Part shown: positions 49,610-63,658 of the stretch, piece after piece
Layout of the letters: each line of letters begins with the position of its first letter
How positions within the stretch are numbered: the stretch's first letter is position 1
Source: Amoebidium appalachense
Taxonomy: Eukaryota; Protista; Ichthyosporea
Reading direction: 5' to 3'
Assembly: GCA_963693365.1 (NCBI GenBank)
Contig: CAVNZM010000011.1
Coordinates: 4,596,639-4,660,638, forward strand
Length of the DNA stretch: 64,000 nucleotides
Program-made: the position numbers and the translations under genes
The notes under the pieces: model-generated
Database searches by the model: none
Seen by the model: only the letters and a program-made list of their open reading frames with translations
Told to the model about the DNA's origin: nothing

Positions 49610-51557
49610 TCCCCTCCCCCCTTCCCCCTTCCCCTGTCCCCTCTCCTCTCTCACTCCACCCTCCATCCATCTCTCTCGAGCTCCCTCCCCAACTTCTTCC
49701 ATCGCTTACCCCATCTCTCCTCCCCTCCACCCCATTCCCCCCCACCTCCCCGCCCCCTCTCTCTTTCCTTTTCCACCTCTCACAAAATTTGTGCGGCTGC
49801 GCAATATCCAGAAGGGGGGACGAAAAAAGTATTTGTGTGTACGCCAGAGGTTGAATTTCAGGGTATTTGTTTTGGAGGCTTGCACGTGAGGCGGGGGCAC
49901 CCCTCGATATTTTTGAGCCACGAATGAAAAGATGTTTGTTGTGTGAGGGAGGGAGGGCGGGGGGGGGGGGGGGGGGGGCACGTCGGGGAGCAAGGCTAAT
50001 TAACGTTTCCTTTTTTTTTTTTTTCACTTTGCAGCCCAACGCTTTCGAGTGTTCTTATGGCGTGCCCATAACTTCATGCGTGCACATGCCATTTGTTTTC
50101 TAATCCCTCAAACGTTACACATAGGTGTGTTACGACACGATCTATAACACAGTTTTGCAAATGCCGTTTGTGGTGGTGATGGTGGTGTTGGGTGGGTAAG
50201 TACAGGGGGGAGAGGGAGTGGGGGCATTGGTGCTCCGTGTGGGGGAGGGGGGGGGGGGGGGAGGGGAGGGGGGGGGAGGGGGGGGGGGGGGGGGGGGGGG
50301 GGGAGGGATACCTGTAGTCATGCAGTTTGAGCACACACGCGAATTGGCCTGCCACGATTTCCGACGGCTGGGTGGGCCCACAACCATATTCGAGGGCAGG
50401 GCCACAGGAATGGTGTAGCTCACTGCGTTGGGCGAGCCAGCGGAGGTAAGGCGCGGCGCTTTTTGGGCCAATCGCGGCTGGGGTTTTATAGCCACATTTG
50501 GGCTGTTGGTTGTCGAGGACGGTTTCAGTATGCCCCCGCCGCTGTTACCGTTTGCGGGGAAATTACCAAATTCCATCGCACCTTTAGCTGGGGCCCACGA
50601 GTGTCGTCTCTGATTGATAAGCAACTCGCTTTGATTGGGTTTGGGCGTCAGATCATTTACATTGTTCCCCGCAAACGTTCTGGGGGTTAATAAGTTGGAA
50701 ACCACTGTCGCGCCGACGTCGGGGCTAGAGGGAGGGGTAGACTGCATCAAATTGTTCTCAGGCGAGAGCGAACCAGAGTGAATGCTCGAGCCGGTTTCCA
50801 CCCCCTCCGCAATGCTGGGTGCAGGATGTAGCTGTAGGGGCCATATCCCCGGCATGGAACTATAATAGGAAAGTGGTTGGAGGCTGTGTCGCCGTTGGTT
50901 TATGAGGTTGCCCCCACCAACAATACTATTGTCGCCTCCGCCTGGTGTCATCCTACTCGTGCGGATTTCTGGAGCCGAAGCGCGCTGCCTACCCGCCCAC
51001 CCAAACTCACTGTGTGGTGCAAATGGAAGGCCTTGCCCTTGGCTAAAGTTTCCTGCCACGGCCGGATGGGAAAAAATATACGTGTCGCCCCTTAGGCTGC
51101 TCATATTACTGATGGTACTGTGTGCATATCTCGCGGGCTCGGCGGCTGGGGCAAACTGGCGTGGGTGTCCTGAATTTTGACCCATTGCAATAAAGTCATT
51201 GCACGCATTTGCCATGTTGTCTACGTCGCCGTAAATAGAATCCGCACTGTGGCCGCAACCATTGGCGAGATTTTCACCGCACACGTTTGGACTTGAACAG
51301 TTTGGAATCGCGAAAGTGTTATTGTCCGCCAATGAATTTCCTGAAATCATAATTTGCGCGAGAATTTCATCAATTTTCAAGTCGTCGTCGCCCATGGTTT
51401 CATTGTTGAAGGTTGGCGGGTACATGGGGTCAAGCGGATTAAAACATGTTGAGGACATGCTACCTATGTTGCTCATGTTGTCAAAGGTGGCGTTGTCAGG
51501 TTGTGGACTGGACGTAACGTATTGGTGCATCAGAGATGCCGGGATTTGTGTTTCCAT
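48888..51557 (-). CDS. GATA-type zinc-finger transcription factor (single C-terminal finger, ~490 aa)
   Basis: Exon 1 51557-50312 (ACA G|gtatcc) joins exon 2 49114-48888 (tgcag|AA) to give [39 protein letters not shown] followed by the basic tail IRKRNRRK. Confidence 0.9.
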
Positions 51558-54500
51558 GTTTCACACGATAGGCGTGATTATTCTGCGATAAGTACTATAC
51601 CGTAGTGTTTGTGGTGATTGCACTAAAGCCGCATTTGGAGTTGGTTACCGAGCTGCATAAGTAGAGACTCACACTTGTGAGAGTACAGAGACATGAAAAA
51701 TCAAAAACCCAAAACTGTCCTGTGCATGTGGCGGCTCTGTATCCCCTATCAATGAACTATGAATGAAGTCGACGTCTTGGACAATCTGTCTAGTCTTGAA
51801 AAAACTTGAGGTTCTGGGCAAAAAAGAAAGCTGTGGTAGAGTGTGGCAATTACCTGTCGTGTATTGAAAAGTCCTCGTTCCCAACAACAGGTTTGGCACC
51901 CCAAATACTTCAACTTGTACAAGGGGTATGCCACGACTGTTAACAGGATTTGATGCAGCCCGCAGATTATAAACGCGATGCTGTGGTTTTGCTTTGGTTT
52001 TCCGAGTAGTGTTATTATAATTGAAACAAAACACTAGCACAAAAACGAAAACTGAATGAGAAATCAGTATGCTGTATCTGTCATTGAATATAATTTCACT
52101 AGAAAAGAGATGGTTTCACAGTGTGCACGGACCATGCATGGGTTGTGGTTGCTGCTGTGGTACTCTGTAGACACCACACGTTCACATGCCACCTACTGCC
52201 TAACTACGCACACTCCTCCTGTGGCTGTAAATTTGCCTAATATTCTCTTTATGCCACTGTTGAGGTGGTGGTAAGGTGACGTGTGAGAACTGCTGACAAA
52301 CGAACAGGCCTTCTTCATCCTCAAGCCCAGGCCGGCTGCTCGGCAACTCTGATACGCCGCTGTAGCTCTGGCAACATGCCAGGAGCCGCCCCATGCCTAT
52401 TGGTTGCATTTGTCATGGCTGAACCAATCATATAGCTGGATCTTGGCTTAGATCTGTAACAGCTGGACAGAGTTTGCGATTGGTCGGGGGGCCTTGTGGT
52501 TGCACGTTGGAGTGGAAGTCTTGTTTGCTGTTCTTACATGTTATCCAACACCGATTCCATCGCGAAGATAACGAAAATATGATTAGCAACACTTAGAAGA
52601 TCTGCAGTTAGAGCCAATAATCCAATACTTGCATGCCTGAATAGGCCATGGAACATCGGGTTTCGAACCCCGGCCCGCGCTACGCATGTGCTGTGTCACC
52701 ATACTCAGAGCTGCGTATAGTATACTGTTGACATCATCACAAAACGTACGCAATGCATTTCCACGTGTGCAAGTCCGACGCCTTTTGGGAAGCTCAGTGC
52801 GTGACACGGTGACTCGGAGGGATCTGATCGATGACCAAGTTCTTCCTTATTATTATCCGATCAGATCATTAATATTGCATCGATGGTCAGATGATCCCCA
52901 ATAATCTTGGTCGCCGTGCCAGCAGATCTAGAACATATTCGTGAACATCACACACCGTGACACGCAAATCTCTCTGGCTGGCTAGTAATGTCGCTCATTT
53001 TCTTCAAATTGTTGTGCATTTCTGCTGTTCGAGTATAGCACGACGGGCTCTTTCTGGTTGCGTATACTGACCAGGCTTTCCCAGCTGCAGAATGGAACAG
53101 GCATTTCAAAACACCGAAATTTTGTATATCAAATTTAGGATAATCTTTCGAATATCCGTCTACTGTAGGCTCCGTATTGTAAGAATCGATTCCTGTGCCA
53201 TGTTCGGACGGGACCAGGTGTGTGTGCCGCACAGTACTGCCTCAGCCGCCTGCCACCCTTGCAGACATCAGATCTTTTCGGCGAACAGTGGGAGATTCCG
53301 GAACGTAGCAATTGGCTACATATCATGACTCTATAGGAATGGCATGATCAGATCTATCATGTTGATAGCCTATTGGTGTTCAATTAGGCTGAGCCAAAGC
53401 CGGGTCACTGTGTGACTGAGCCAAACCGTCTGAGACTGAGCCGCGGGCCCGCGGGCCGCGGCCCAGCCGGACCGTTCTACAGCACATCATCACATGTGTG
53501 TGTGTGTGTGTGTGCATGTGCACAGAGCTGGTGCGGTGAGTTAGAATATTTGTGTGCCATGTGTGCACTCTCCGTGTACATATGTTTGCGTACATATGTG
53601 TATTATGCTCCCAGAAGCTATGTACGTGCAGAACTTTGCGGCACGAATCAATGATCAGACTGTCTGGCCCGGTCACCGCACGGAGGCACCTGTTCAGTGA
53701 GCCCACGGCCCTCTGAACACCCTGTGTCAGAGGGCCGTGATAGGCGCGCAATCATGATCATGATCCGCTCAGGCCGACAGCCCGACCGTCGCTCAGTGCA
53801 AGTGTGAATGTCACTGACTGCATTTTCTCCCTATTCCTACTAATACTGAAGTCGATGCCGCCGTCTCAATTTGATGATAACCGAAAACCGGGTGTGCTGG
53901 TGCATGCATGTACACACGCGTGGGCCGTCCTTGTTTTGAATTCAGACAACTCCGAGGACCCATGCTGCGCGCATGCGCAGAAATAACACACCACGTGCAA
54001 GATGTGGTTCATTGAGGTGCGTGGAGACTGCAGGTGCGTGGCGTTTAGAGGTGCTTCGGGAACAGTGGGGCTACAGCCTGGGGGCTGGGGCTAGGCCCGA
54101 GGGGCGCGCGCGGGTAAACGTGTGCATGGGCATGCGATAGTCGAGCAAATTGCAATGCAAGGTATTGATAATCGATTGGGTGTACACATGGGCATGGTGG
54201 ACAAATATCTATTGGCAAATATGTCGAATAGATCCAGCCTGCAGTTCGCAAGTGACTGCCGATCTGTGTGCCGGACAACACACTGGTGCAGCTGAGACGA
54301 CTCCCAGACGGGATTGCGTGCTGACAGTGACTGTCTTAAAAAGATAATGTACAGCCTGTGCTGTCAATTGACGGTTTAGTAAGTGAGCAGCTTCGATGGT
54401 GGTGAACCTGTGTAAGAAAAAACGGCACAATGGTGTGCATGATAGACGGGACAACTATCATCCCAATGTAAACACGCTCAAATCGTTGCCTGTACCTTAA

Positions 54501-54846
54501 CAATACATGCACTGCTGGATTCTCAAAGTGTCTTCAGGCAGGGAAGTTTGAAGGCGGCTGTTGCACACATGTGGGGGTCATCACATACGTAGACGTGATT
54601 TTTTTTGGCTGTGTGCACTCGCAGAATGGGCCCGGGCCTGTGCCTTGCCTACGGGCAAAAGTCATTGGCTCGATAGCATCCTGCCGCGTGGATTTGTGCC
54701 GAGGAATGGGAACAGCACGGGCATCTGGCTATCTGAGGAGTCGAATGGACAAAGCTTGAAGTTGAAAATGGGAAAGGGCTGCAGGAGGAGGGGAAGGGAG
54801 GGAGCTTGAGAGGTAAGGGGCCCCCGGGGGGGTGGGGTGGGGGGAA

Positions 54847-54916
<70 letters not shown>

Positions 54917-55281
54917 AGCTGGAAATCCATATATATAGCCATATACTGCTGGATATGAAATCAGCGTCCCCTTCCTCCTGATTCTTCTTGCGCTCTCACC
55001 TCATACCCCCCTTCCCCCCTCCCCCCCTTATGCTTTCTCCCCTGCCCTTGGGCCCCTGTACCCAAAACAACCTCACGAGCTACTGTAGGCCACCACTATT
55101 AACACTATTTCGGTATGTATGTCATCACTAACTCTTTTTTGCGTGTGTACGTGTGCGGATGTGACTGTATGTTTTGTGTGTACTTGCAGTGATCGCACCG
55201 AGGGCCTGTGCAGTGTGCGTGGGTGATGGTGTGGGTTTTGTACGGTGTGTGGTGTGTTTGTGAGTGTGAGTGTGTGAGTGT

Positions 55282-55326
<45 letters not shown>

Positions 55327-55396
55327 TTTTGTTTTTTGGTGTGGGGGGGGGGGTACCATGGTGCACGAGTGTATCTATGATGTGTTCGTGCATGCC

Positions 55397-55462
<66 letters not shown>

Positions 55463-55495
55463 TGTGTGTGTGCGTGTTATTGTCACTGTCCGTGT

Positions 55496-55551
<56 letters not shown>

Positions 55552-55946
55552 GCGTGTGTGTGTGTTGTGTGTGTGTGTGTTGTGTAGATCACGCCGTGTC
55601 ACTTTGCTTTCGTGTGCGTGTGTACTTAGCTTACAGGCCTCTGCCGGCATGTGCTTGATGGTATGAATTAATTGCGCATGTGCCGTGCAAGGCGGGCAGG
55701 AAGCAAACACCTCACTAATAGTGTTCCGAACCTTTTATCACATGTTTACTCGTATGCCTTTTTTTTTCTTTTTTTTTTTAAAAAAAAAAGAAAAACAATT
55801 TCTTTGTATTGCTTAAAGGAGGGTGCTGTGATACTACACGACCAAGATGTTTGGGGGTACAGGAGGCAGAACGTGGGGGTAGGGCTGGGGCCGGTGGGGG
55901 GGGGGGGGGGGAGGGAGGGGGGGGGGGGAGGGGGGGGGGGGGAGGG

Positions 55947-55981
<35 letters not shown>

Positions 55982-56743
55982 CTATCTATAGGGAATGGGG
56001 CGAGGGGAAGGATATTTCTGGGACAACAACCCCAGGAAATGACTTCAGGGAGACAGTCAGTTGTTCAATAATTGGTGTTTTGAGTGTATTTACAATTACG
56101 GCCCTGAGGTCCGAGGGCCTTATGTCATCGAATATTTATAATTACACCGACAAAATGAAACAGAAAACAGACAGGTGGCCGGTGTGCCATGCGTACATAT
56201 CCTTCCTAAAATCCTGAAAATACTACTGCTAGTTTGTATAATGTGTATACACCATCCCATATCCTTATGTACATGTGAAAAACCGATCATGTGAACATGG
56301 CAAAGAGTGTGAATCTTAGCGGTCACCGTGACCCCCAAAATCCTATTGGCTATTGTCACCTGACACATGCCATAAAAGGAAACTACTGCAACCACTCGCG
56401 GCTTATAAGATCACACTCCCCATCCTGTCATATACATCCTACCAACCCCACCACGATCAGAAAAAAATGCGGGAAGTAAATATGAAACGTTTCTGTTACA
56501 TTTTGTAATCCCATGAGTCGGCTTTTTGAGTTTTTTCACCTCCCCCCCCTCCCCCCCCCCTCCCCCCCTCCTCCTCCTCTCTTTCCAAACACCCTCACCC
56601 GAATCCATTTCTCCCGATCGATCTTACATCGCCCTTTAAGATACAGAGAGATGTATTTGAAACACTATCTAGATATACATATTAAAGTGAGCAAAGCCGA
56701 GATTGGACAACCAATAGAATCCAGTCATTGTGGCCGTAACCAA

Positions 56744-57061
56744 TCAGCTACGAGGAACCACACGGATGGAATGCCCCCCAGCCATGGGCAGGGTAAGAGT
56801 GCTCACCTGGAATTTCCGGCTCGTCAGATAGCATCCCCCCCTCCCCTCCTTCCCCACCCCCCTCCACCCTTTTAGACACACACGCACACACACACGCACA
56901 CACACGCACACAAACAAACACCTGCTCCCCTCGTTGTACCGTTTTACCGCCCCTTCTTTGTACAGCCGTCAAACTCTGCACACCAATACACATGCCAATG
57001 TATGACCCGTTGAGATCTCCACCCCTCTCCCCCCTTCCCCCCGGCCCCCCTCTCCCCCCCC

Positions 57062-57092
<31 letters not shown>

Positions 57093-57580
57093 ACACCCAC
57101 ACCCACTCCACACTTATCCACTTCCGGGAGGAGGGGGGGAGAAGAAGAGAGAGAGAGAGAGAAGAGGAAAGGGAGGGGGTGGGGCGGGGGGAAGGGGAGG
57201 TAAAAAAGGGAGGGGATAAATGTAAAAGAGGAATCCCAACATGAATGTTATTAGGTGAGGGTGTCAAGTGAGAGGGAAAGGGCGGAGAGAGACAATGTAT
57301 GTGTTGAGGGGCAATGATTAACACAGTGGGGAGATGAGGGAGGCAGGGGGAGGGGGGGGGGAGGGGGGGAGGGGGGAGATGGAGGGATGCGGAGGCTTTT
57401 TTCAGGGGAGAAGGGGAGGAAGGGAAGGGAAGCATCGAGGGGAGAAGGAGAAGTGTGATTTTTATTTTTCGGGGGGGGGGGGGGGGGGGGGAGTGTCTTT
57501 ACTTACCTGCTTGACCTCTTTCTGTTCGTCTGCTGGGAGAATACGATAGCGCTTGAGCACGGTGGCAAGTAGCACAATGG

Positions 57581-57617
<37 letters not shown>

Positions 57618-59253
57618 CGCGCGCTTGCGTGTGCGTGTGCGTGTGCGTGTGTGCGTGGGTGCGTGCGTGCGTGCGTGCGTGTTAGCTTGTAGGCCGGGGT
57701 TAGGGGTCACGGGGGGTGAGGGGGGGGAGGGGGGGGGGTGTATGCGTATTGTGTGCGAGTGTGGGGTGGGAAGGAGGTTGCTGGCAGGGGGTAAACCGGG
57801 GTAAGCGGAGTCGGTTGGGAAGAAAGTTGGGGGGGAGGGAGGGGGGGCTGTATGTTGGCAACCTCCTGTAGGAATTTTTTTTAGAGGCATTGTAATTCTT
57901 GCTTGGGGGGCACGGCAGGGGAAAGGGGGGCGGGGGGGGGGGAGGGGGGGGGGGGAAGGAGGAAAGGGGATGAGGTTCAGGGGGGGAGGGGAGGGGGGGG
58001 GGGGGAAAGAAGGAGAGCAAGATGGAAGCGGGGGGGGGGGGGGGGGGGGGGGGCGGTGGTGGTGGTGGTGATGATGGGGGGGGGGGGGGGAGTTGTATTC
58101 GTACCTTCCATTGTAGCCATGGTTTTGCCCAGACAGATGCGGGGGCCTCCGTTGAACGCGTTGAAGATGAAGGGTGACCGCTGGATAAGATCCCCACTGG
58201 GCCTATATGGTGCATGTGTGTGCGTGTGTGTGCGTGTGTGTGCGTGTGTGTGCGTGTGTGTGCATGTGGGTGCGTGTGTGTATGTGCATGCATGTGTGTG
58301 TGTGTGCATGGGGGGGTTGGGGAGAAAAGGAGGGGAGGGGAGGAAAAGGGGGGCCGGGGCCGGGGGAAGGGGGGGGAGAAGAGGAGAGAGCGTGGCGAGC
58401 AGGGGTGGAGGGAGAATTGCGTAATATATAAGGGGAGAAGGTTGCCCCTTGGGGGCATAGTGTTGTGTTTGGGAGGGGTCCGGGGAATGGGGAGGGCAAT
58501 TCCTTAGTGATAGCAGACACCAGGAAGGGGGGAGGGGGAGGGGGGGGGGGGATGAGAAGCGGAAAGGAGGTGGGGGGATGGCGTGGTGGGGTTGGGTTGT
58601 TGGGGGGGGGAAGCATATACAGTCAGTCAGCCGGTCAGGCAGAGAGAAGGCTGCAAAGAGGCAGTGGAAAGAGATACGGAAAAAGGTCGAAGGTATGGAA
58701 GAATTTCACCGAAGGGGGGGGGGGGGGGGGGGGGGGAGGGGGGGGGGCAGGGGCTGCAATTGTTTTGAAGTGTGCTGGTGGGCGATGGTTTTGGATTTGG
58801 AAAATCGCAATGGCAGCGGATAAGGGGAATTGCATATAATAAAATACAATAATGGGGACATATCCGTATATTGGGTCGCAGAAATCGATTCTGGAGAGGC
58901 AAGGGGTGGGGTTCGGGCCTCTGTGTGTATATACTTGTGTGTGTGTGTTTGTGTGTGTATATACTTGTGTGTGTGTGTGTTTGTGTGTGTATATACTTGT
59001 GTGTGTGTGTGTAGAGGGTGTATTATGCAATGTGTATGTGTATCGCACCTATGTGTATGTGTGCTTGGTATGGAAAGGGGTGGAAGAAAGTAGAAGGCCA
59101 CACACGCACAGCACGTACCCGAACCATCTCTCAGGGCTGTACTGTTCCGGGTTATCCCACAGGTCCTTATCTCTCCCCATCACGTATGCCGTGTACAGAA
59201 CTACACCCCCGGCTGGCACAAACGTACCATCGGGGAGCACATCATCCTCAACT

Positions 59254-59284
<31 letters not shown>

Positions 59285-62010
59285 GGGGGGGGAGGAAGGG
59301 GGGGGGGGAGGGGGGAGAGGGAGGAAAGGGTGGGGTGGGGGGGAGGGGGGGCAGGGGGGGGGGGGGGGGAGGGGGAGATGAGGAGAGGTGGGGGTGATGG
59401 GTGTGGGGGGATGGGTGGGAGAGGTTGATGGAAAGAAAGTGGGGGTGTGTGGGATGGGTGGAAATCAGGAAAGGCGGAGGTGAACGGGGACAAGTTGGGG
59501 ATGGTGGGAGAGAATATTGAGCGGAGGGAAAAGCAAGAAGAAATTAGCCTTAAAAATACGAAACAAGAGGGTGGGTGGGTACGGCACACAATACGAGATG
59601 GCAGGAAGGGAGGAGCGAGGGTGGGGGGATGAATGGATAAATAAGTACCAACATCATATTCTCCCTTCTGACATACCATGACTAATGGGCCATTTGGAAT
59701 GCTTTTACTAGCAGTCTGATCTGAATACTTTGTTTCCACTATTCCCCCCCTTCCCCTCCCCCCCCTCCCCCTCCCCCTCCCCCCCCCCCTCCCCCCCCCC
59801 CCCCCCCCCCAAAAAAAAAAAAAAAAAAAAAAAACCCACCACCATCACCGTCCTCCATCCCTTCTCCCACCTCTCTCGCAATCAACAACACCCAACTCTA
59901 AACCCCCACCCATCTTTAAATGTTCCAGACCCCCCTCCCCCCCCCCCCCCCCCCCCCCCTTCTTACCCCCCACCTCCCCTTACCCGCCCTTCCAGTACAC
60001 CTCTTTCTCAAACCATATCTCCCACTCATGCCCAACCCCCTCCCCCCCCCCCCCCTCCCCCCCACCCTCAACAAACACCCCCTCCCCCCCCCCCCCCTCT
60101 CCCCCACGGTTGCCACCGACCCACCCACCCACCCACACACACACAGCCTACCTGCCGAGCGCACATTCTTAGCAATTGAGGGATACAGGCGCAGAGTCTC
60201 CAAAAACACAGCCTGAAGGTATTTGAGCTGCCGCAGGGAGTCAAATCCGGCCGGCCGGTCCCCAAGCACCCGCTCAATCTCCTCCACCGCCTACATATGA
60301 AAACCGATTAGCCTTATATGGCTAATGGATGATTCGATAGCACTATTTTGGGCATGGCTTAACATGACTGATTTCTTGTGGATGTTCCGATATCCCCCCC
60401 CCCTCCCCCCCCCCCCCCCCCCAAAAAAAAAAAAAAAAAAAAAGCCACGCCACCACAACGACATCTTAGCCACATTTTCAGTTTGCATGCATCATTCTTT
60501 CATTTCACTTCCTTCTTTCTGGGTCTACCTGTCTACTTCTACGATCTCTTCCCTTCCAAATCTATGACTAACAATTATATATCTACTTTCATATCATCCT
60601 CCCACACCTCTGTCTGCCTTCTTTTCCCTACCCACCCAAATAGATAAGTATCATTCCTTATATCTCCTCATGACTGTTGTATGTGGAAATATCCCAGTCG
60701 CACAAGAGCCACATAAACCCCCAAATTTACCAAATCGGGAAATAAACGGTGAGTTGTGATTGGCTTCCTCACCTTTGCCTGTACCTCGGGGTTCTTGTAG
60801 AGGCAGTAGAAGGTCCAGCTGGGGGAGGGAAGGGGGGAAGGGATGGGGGGAGAGGGGGGGGGGGGTTAGGGGGAGAAAAAAAAAGTCGATACTTTGAGCC
60901 CATCGTGTGTTGGTAATGTGAATGTGATGGTGTAGAATGTTTGGCGGGAAAGAGTAGAGTGTACGGGAGCAGGGGGGAGGAAGGAAAGACATAGGACTTC
61001 GAAGAAAGGAAGAAGACGGGGGTGTTGGATTTTCTTATGGGGAGGGGCGGAGAAGGAAGGGAAAGGGTGCGGGGGGCGTGGGGAGAGGAGGGGGGGAGGT
61101 CTGATGACGAGATATCGGAGATGTATGAATGTCGTACAGAGGAGTGCATGTGAATGTATTCCCGGATGGATGAAAGGCGGGGGGGGGGGGGGGGGGGGGG
61201 GGAAGGGGGGAAGGGGGGGGAGGGGGGGGGATGAGGGTAAGTGTGGCGGGTAAAGATGCGGGAAAAGAGTCAGACAGTATTATGGAACGTACGGATACAG
61301 AAGACGAAGGGAAAAACCCAAGGAGCAGGAGAAAGGGTGGGAGAGTGGGTGAGTGGGGATGAAGGAAGGGGCGGGGGGGGGGGGAGGGGGGAGGGGGGGG
61401 GGGGGGGGAGATACTTGAGTGCGTTTGCGGTTGTGTCTCTGCCGCAATGACAAAGTTCATGATCAATGAGTGGGGGTGAAGGAAGGGGGGAAGAGGGGGG
61501 GGGGGGGGGGGGGGGGGGGGGAGGGGGGACGAGGGAGGATGCTTGAGTGCGTTTGCGGTTGTGTCTCTGCCTGCAATGACAAAGTTCACGATCAATGAGT
61601 GGGGGTGAAGGAAAGGGGGAAGAGGCGGGGGGGGGGGGGGGGGGGGAGGGAGGATACTTGAGTGCGTTTGCGGTTGTGTCTCTGCAATGACGAAGTTCAT
61701 GATCAATGAGTGGGGGTGAAGGAAGGGGTGAAGAGGGGGGGGGGAAAGGGGGGGGGGGGGGGGGGGGGATACTTGAGTGCGTTTGCGGTTGTGTCTCTGC
61801 CTGCAATGACAAAGTTCATGATCATGTCCCGTAGATACTTCTCATCTTGGTGACCCCCCTTGAGGAACAGGGACAGGAGATCCGCACGCTGTGTGTGTGT
61901 GTGGGGGGTGTGGAGGGGGGGAGGGGGGGGGAGGGCAGGGGGATATGTGTTTGAGGGTGAGTAGGTGGCCCCTGGGAGTATTTGGGGGGCGTGTCGGTGT
62001 GTCTGTGTGT

Positions 62011-62056
<46 letters not shown>

Positions 62057-63278
62057 ACCTCGGGGTTGGGTGGGGGGAGGGGGGGATATGGATTTTTGGG
62101 GATCGGGAGTAGAAGGGGAGGAAGAGGAGGGCATAGTTTTGATGGCAGTATGTGCATGCTGAATGCTTGCTTCTTTTTATCAACGGGAGGGAAAGGGGGG
62201 ATATATCTTCTGAGTGGTCGTGGGGTTGGCGAGGAAAAAGCGCTATAACAAGCCTCTATTCAGGCCAGCAAGAGACCGTTCGCTGTGGGTGAAGAGGGCA
62301 GGAAGGAGAGGGGGGGGGGGGGGGGGGACACCGGGGAGGGGGGGGGAAGCGGGTGGAAAAGGGCGGAACTAGGGGGAGAAGAATATTATGGGGGCAAACC
62401 TGGTCAGAATCCGAGTTTTCGAGCACATTCTTTCTGCGTGCGATGATGTCATAGGCCACAGAGTCCAGGGCCTCGGTGGCTCGCACAATGGTCTGCTCAC
62501 TGCTGGTTTGGAAGGCGCGGAAGATCTTCCACAGCTGCGATTGGTGCATTGTCATAGAAAAAAAACGCCATAAATGGCTAATTTGATTTTTGGTAGATCG
62601 TATTGATTGGTTTGTATGGTGTTGTGGGTTTTGTTGTTGATGGGTTGTATAGCAACGAAAAGAGGGAGGGAAGGGGGAGGGGGAGGGAGAGAAAGGGGGA
62701 AGGGAAAGGGGGCGGGGGGGGGGGGGGGGGGGAGGGGGGGGAAGGAAGGGTGCTGAGGGAGAAATAACGACCACATGCAATAGCTGATTGCCTGTTTGAA
62801 AAACATTACTTTCCTGTCAACAAATTATAAGGCTGGGGAAATTAATGGGTCCTATAATTTACTTTTTTTAAAAAGAAACGAACACTTAGCGTTGGTAATA
62901 ACAAACCCGGTTTACCGACACTAAGTTAGGTATCAGGTTGAGTTGAGTGGTGGGAGGTCGAGGAGGGTCGTGGTGAGTGGACTGACATGGTGTGGGTGAT
63001 GGATTTGGGCGGAGCGCGAAAACGGGAGGATGGGGGGGGGGGGGGGGGGGGGGGGGGGGGATGGGACGGGGGGGAGGGGGGAGGGGGGGGGGCTACTAAC
63101 CCACACTGGGAAGGGCGCCCTGTCTCTCATGCTGTGAAGGTGATGGATGGGTTAGTTAATGTGTTCATGGGGGGAAGGGGAGAAGGTGTGTGTGTGCGTG
63201 TGGGGGGGGGGGGGGGGGGGGGGGGGGATGTCAGTAGTAGTTCAGGTGTGGGTTTTTTTTTTTTTTTTTTTTTTTTTG

Positions 63279-63345
<67 letters not shown>

Positions 63346-63525
63346 AAGGGGGTTTTGAAGGGGAGTGAAGGGAGGGGGGAGGGGGGAGGGCACAAGGGGA
63401 TGGGGGGGGTTGAAACGTGGGTTACATCCTGAAGATTCGAATAACAGCTGTTAAAATGGGGATGTGTTCGATGAATGACCGATCTGACGAAATGGGGTAA
63501 GAGTGCAAGTGTGTTTGTGTCTCCT

Positions 63526-63558
<33 letters not shown>

Positions 63559-63622
63559 TTCTTTCTCTGTGTGTGTTTATGTGTGCACATGTCGGGCGGG
63601 GCGCGCAAGGAGGGGGAGGAGC

Positions 63623-63658
<36 letters not shown>

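Noticed and set aside
52650-52730. tRNA-like GGTTCGAAACCC on the minus strand
   Set aside because: No cloverleaf or acceptor stem can be built; at most a decayed tRNA-derived fragment.
61350-61825. CRISPR-like repeat-spacer appearance
   Set aside because: The repeats are copies of a P450 exon end and the spacers are homologous poly(C) intron sequence; eukaryotic context with no cas genes.
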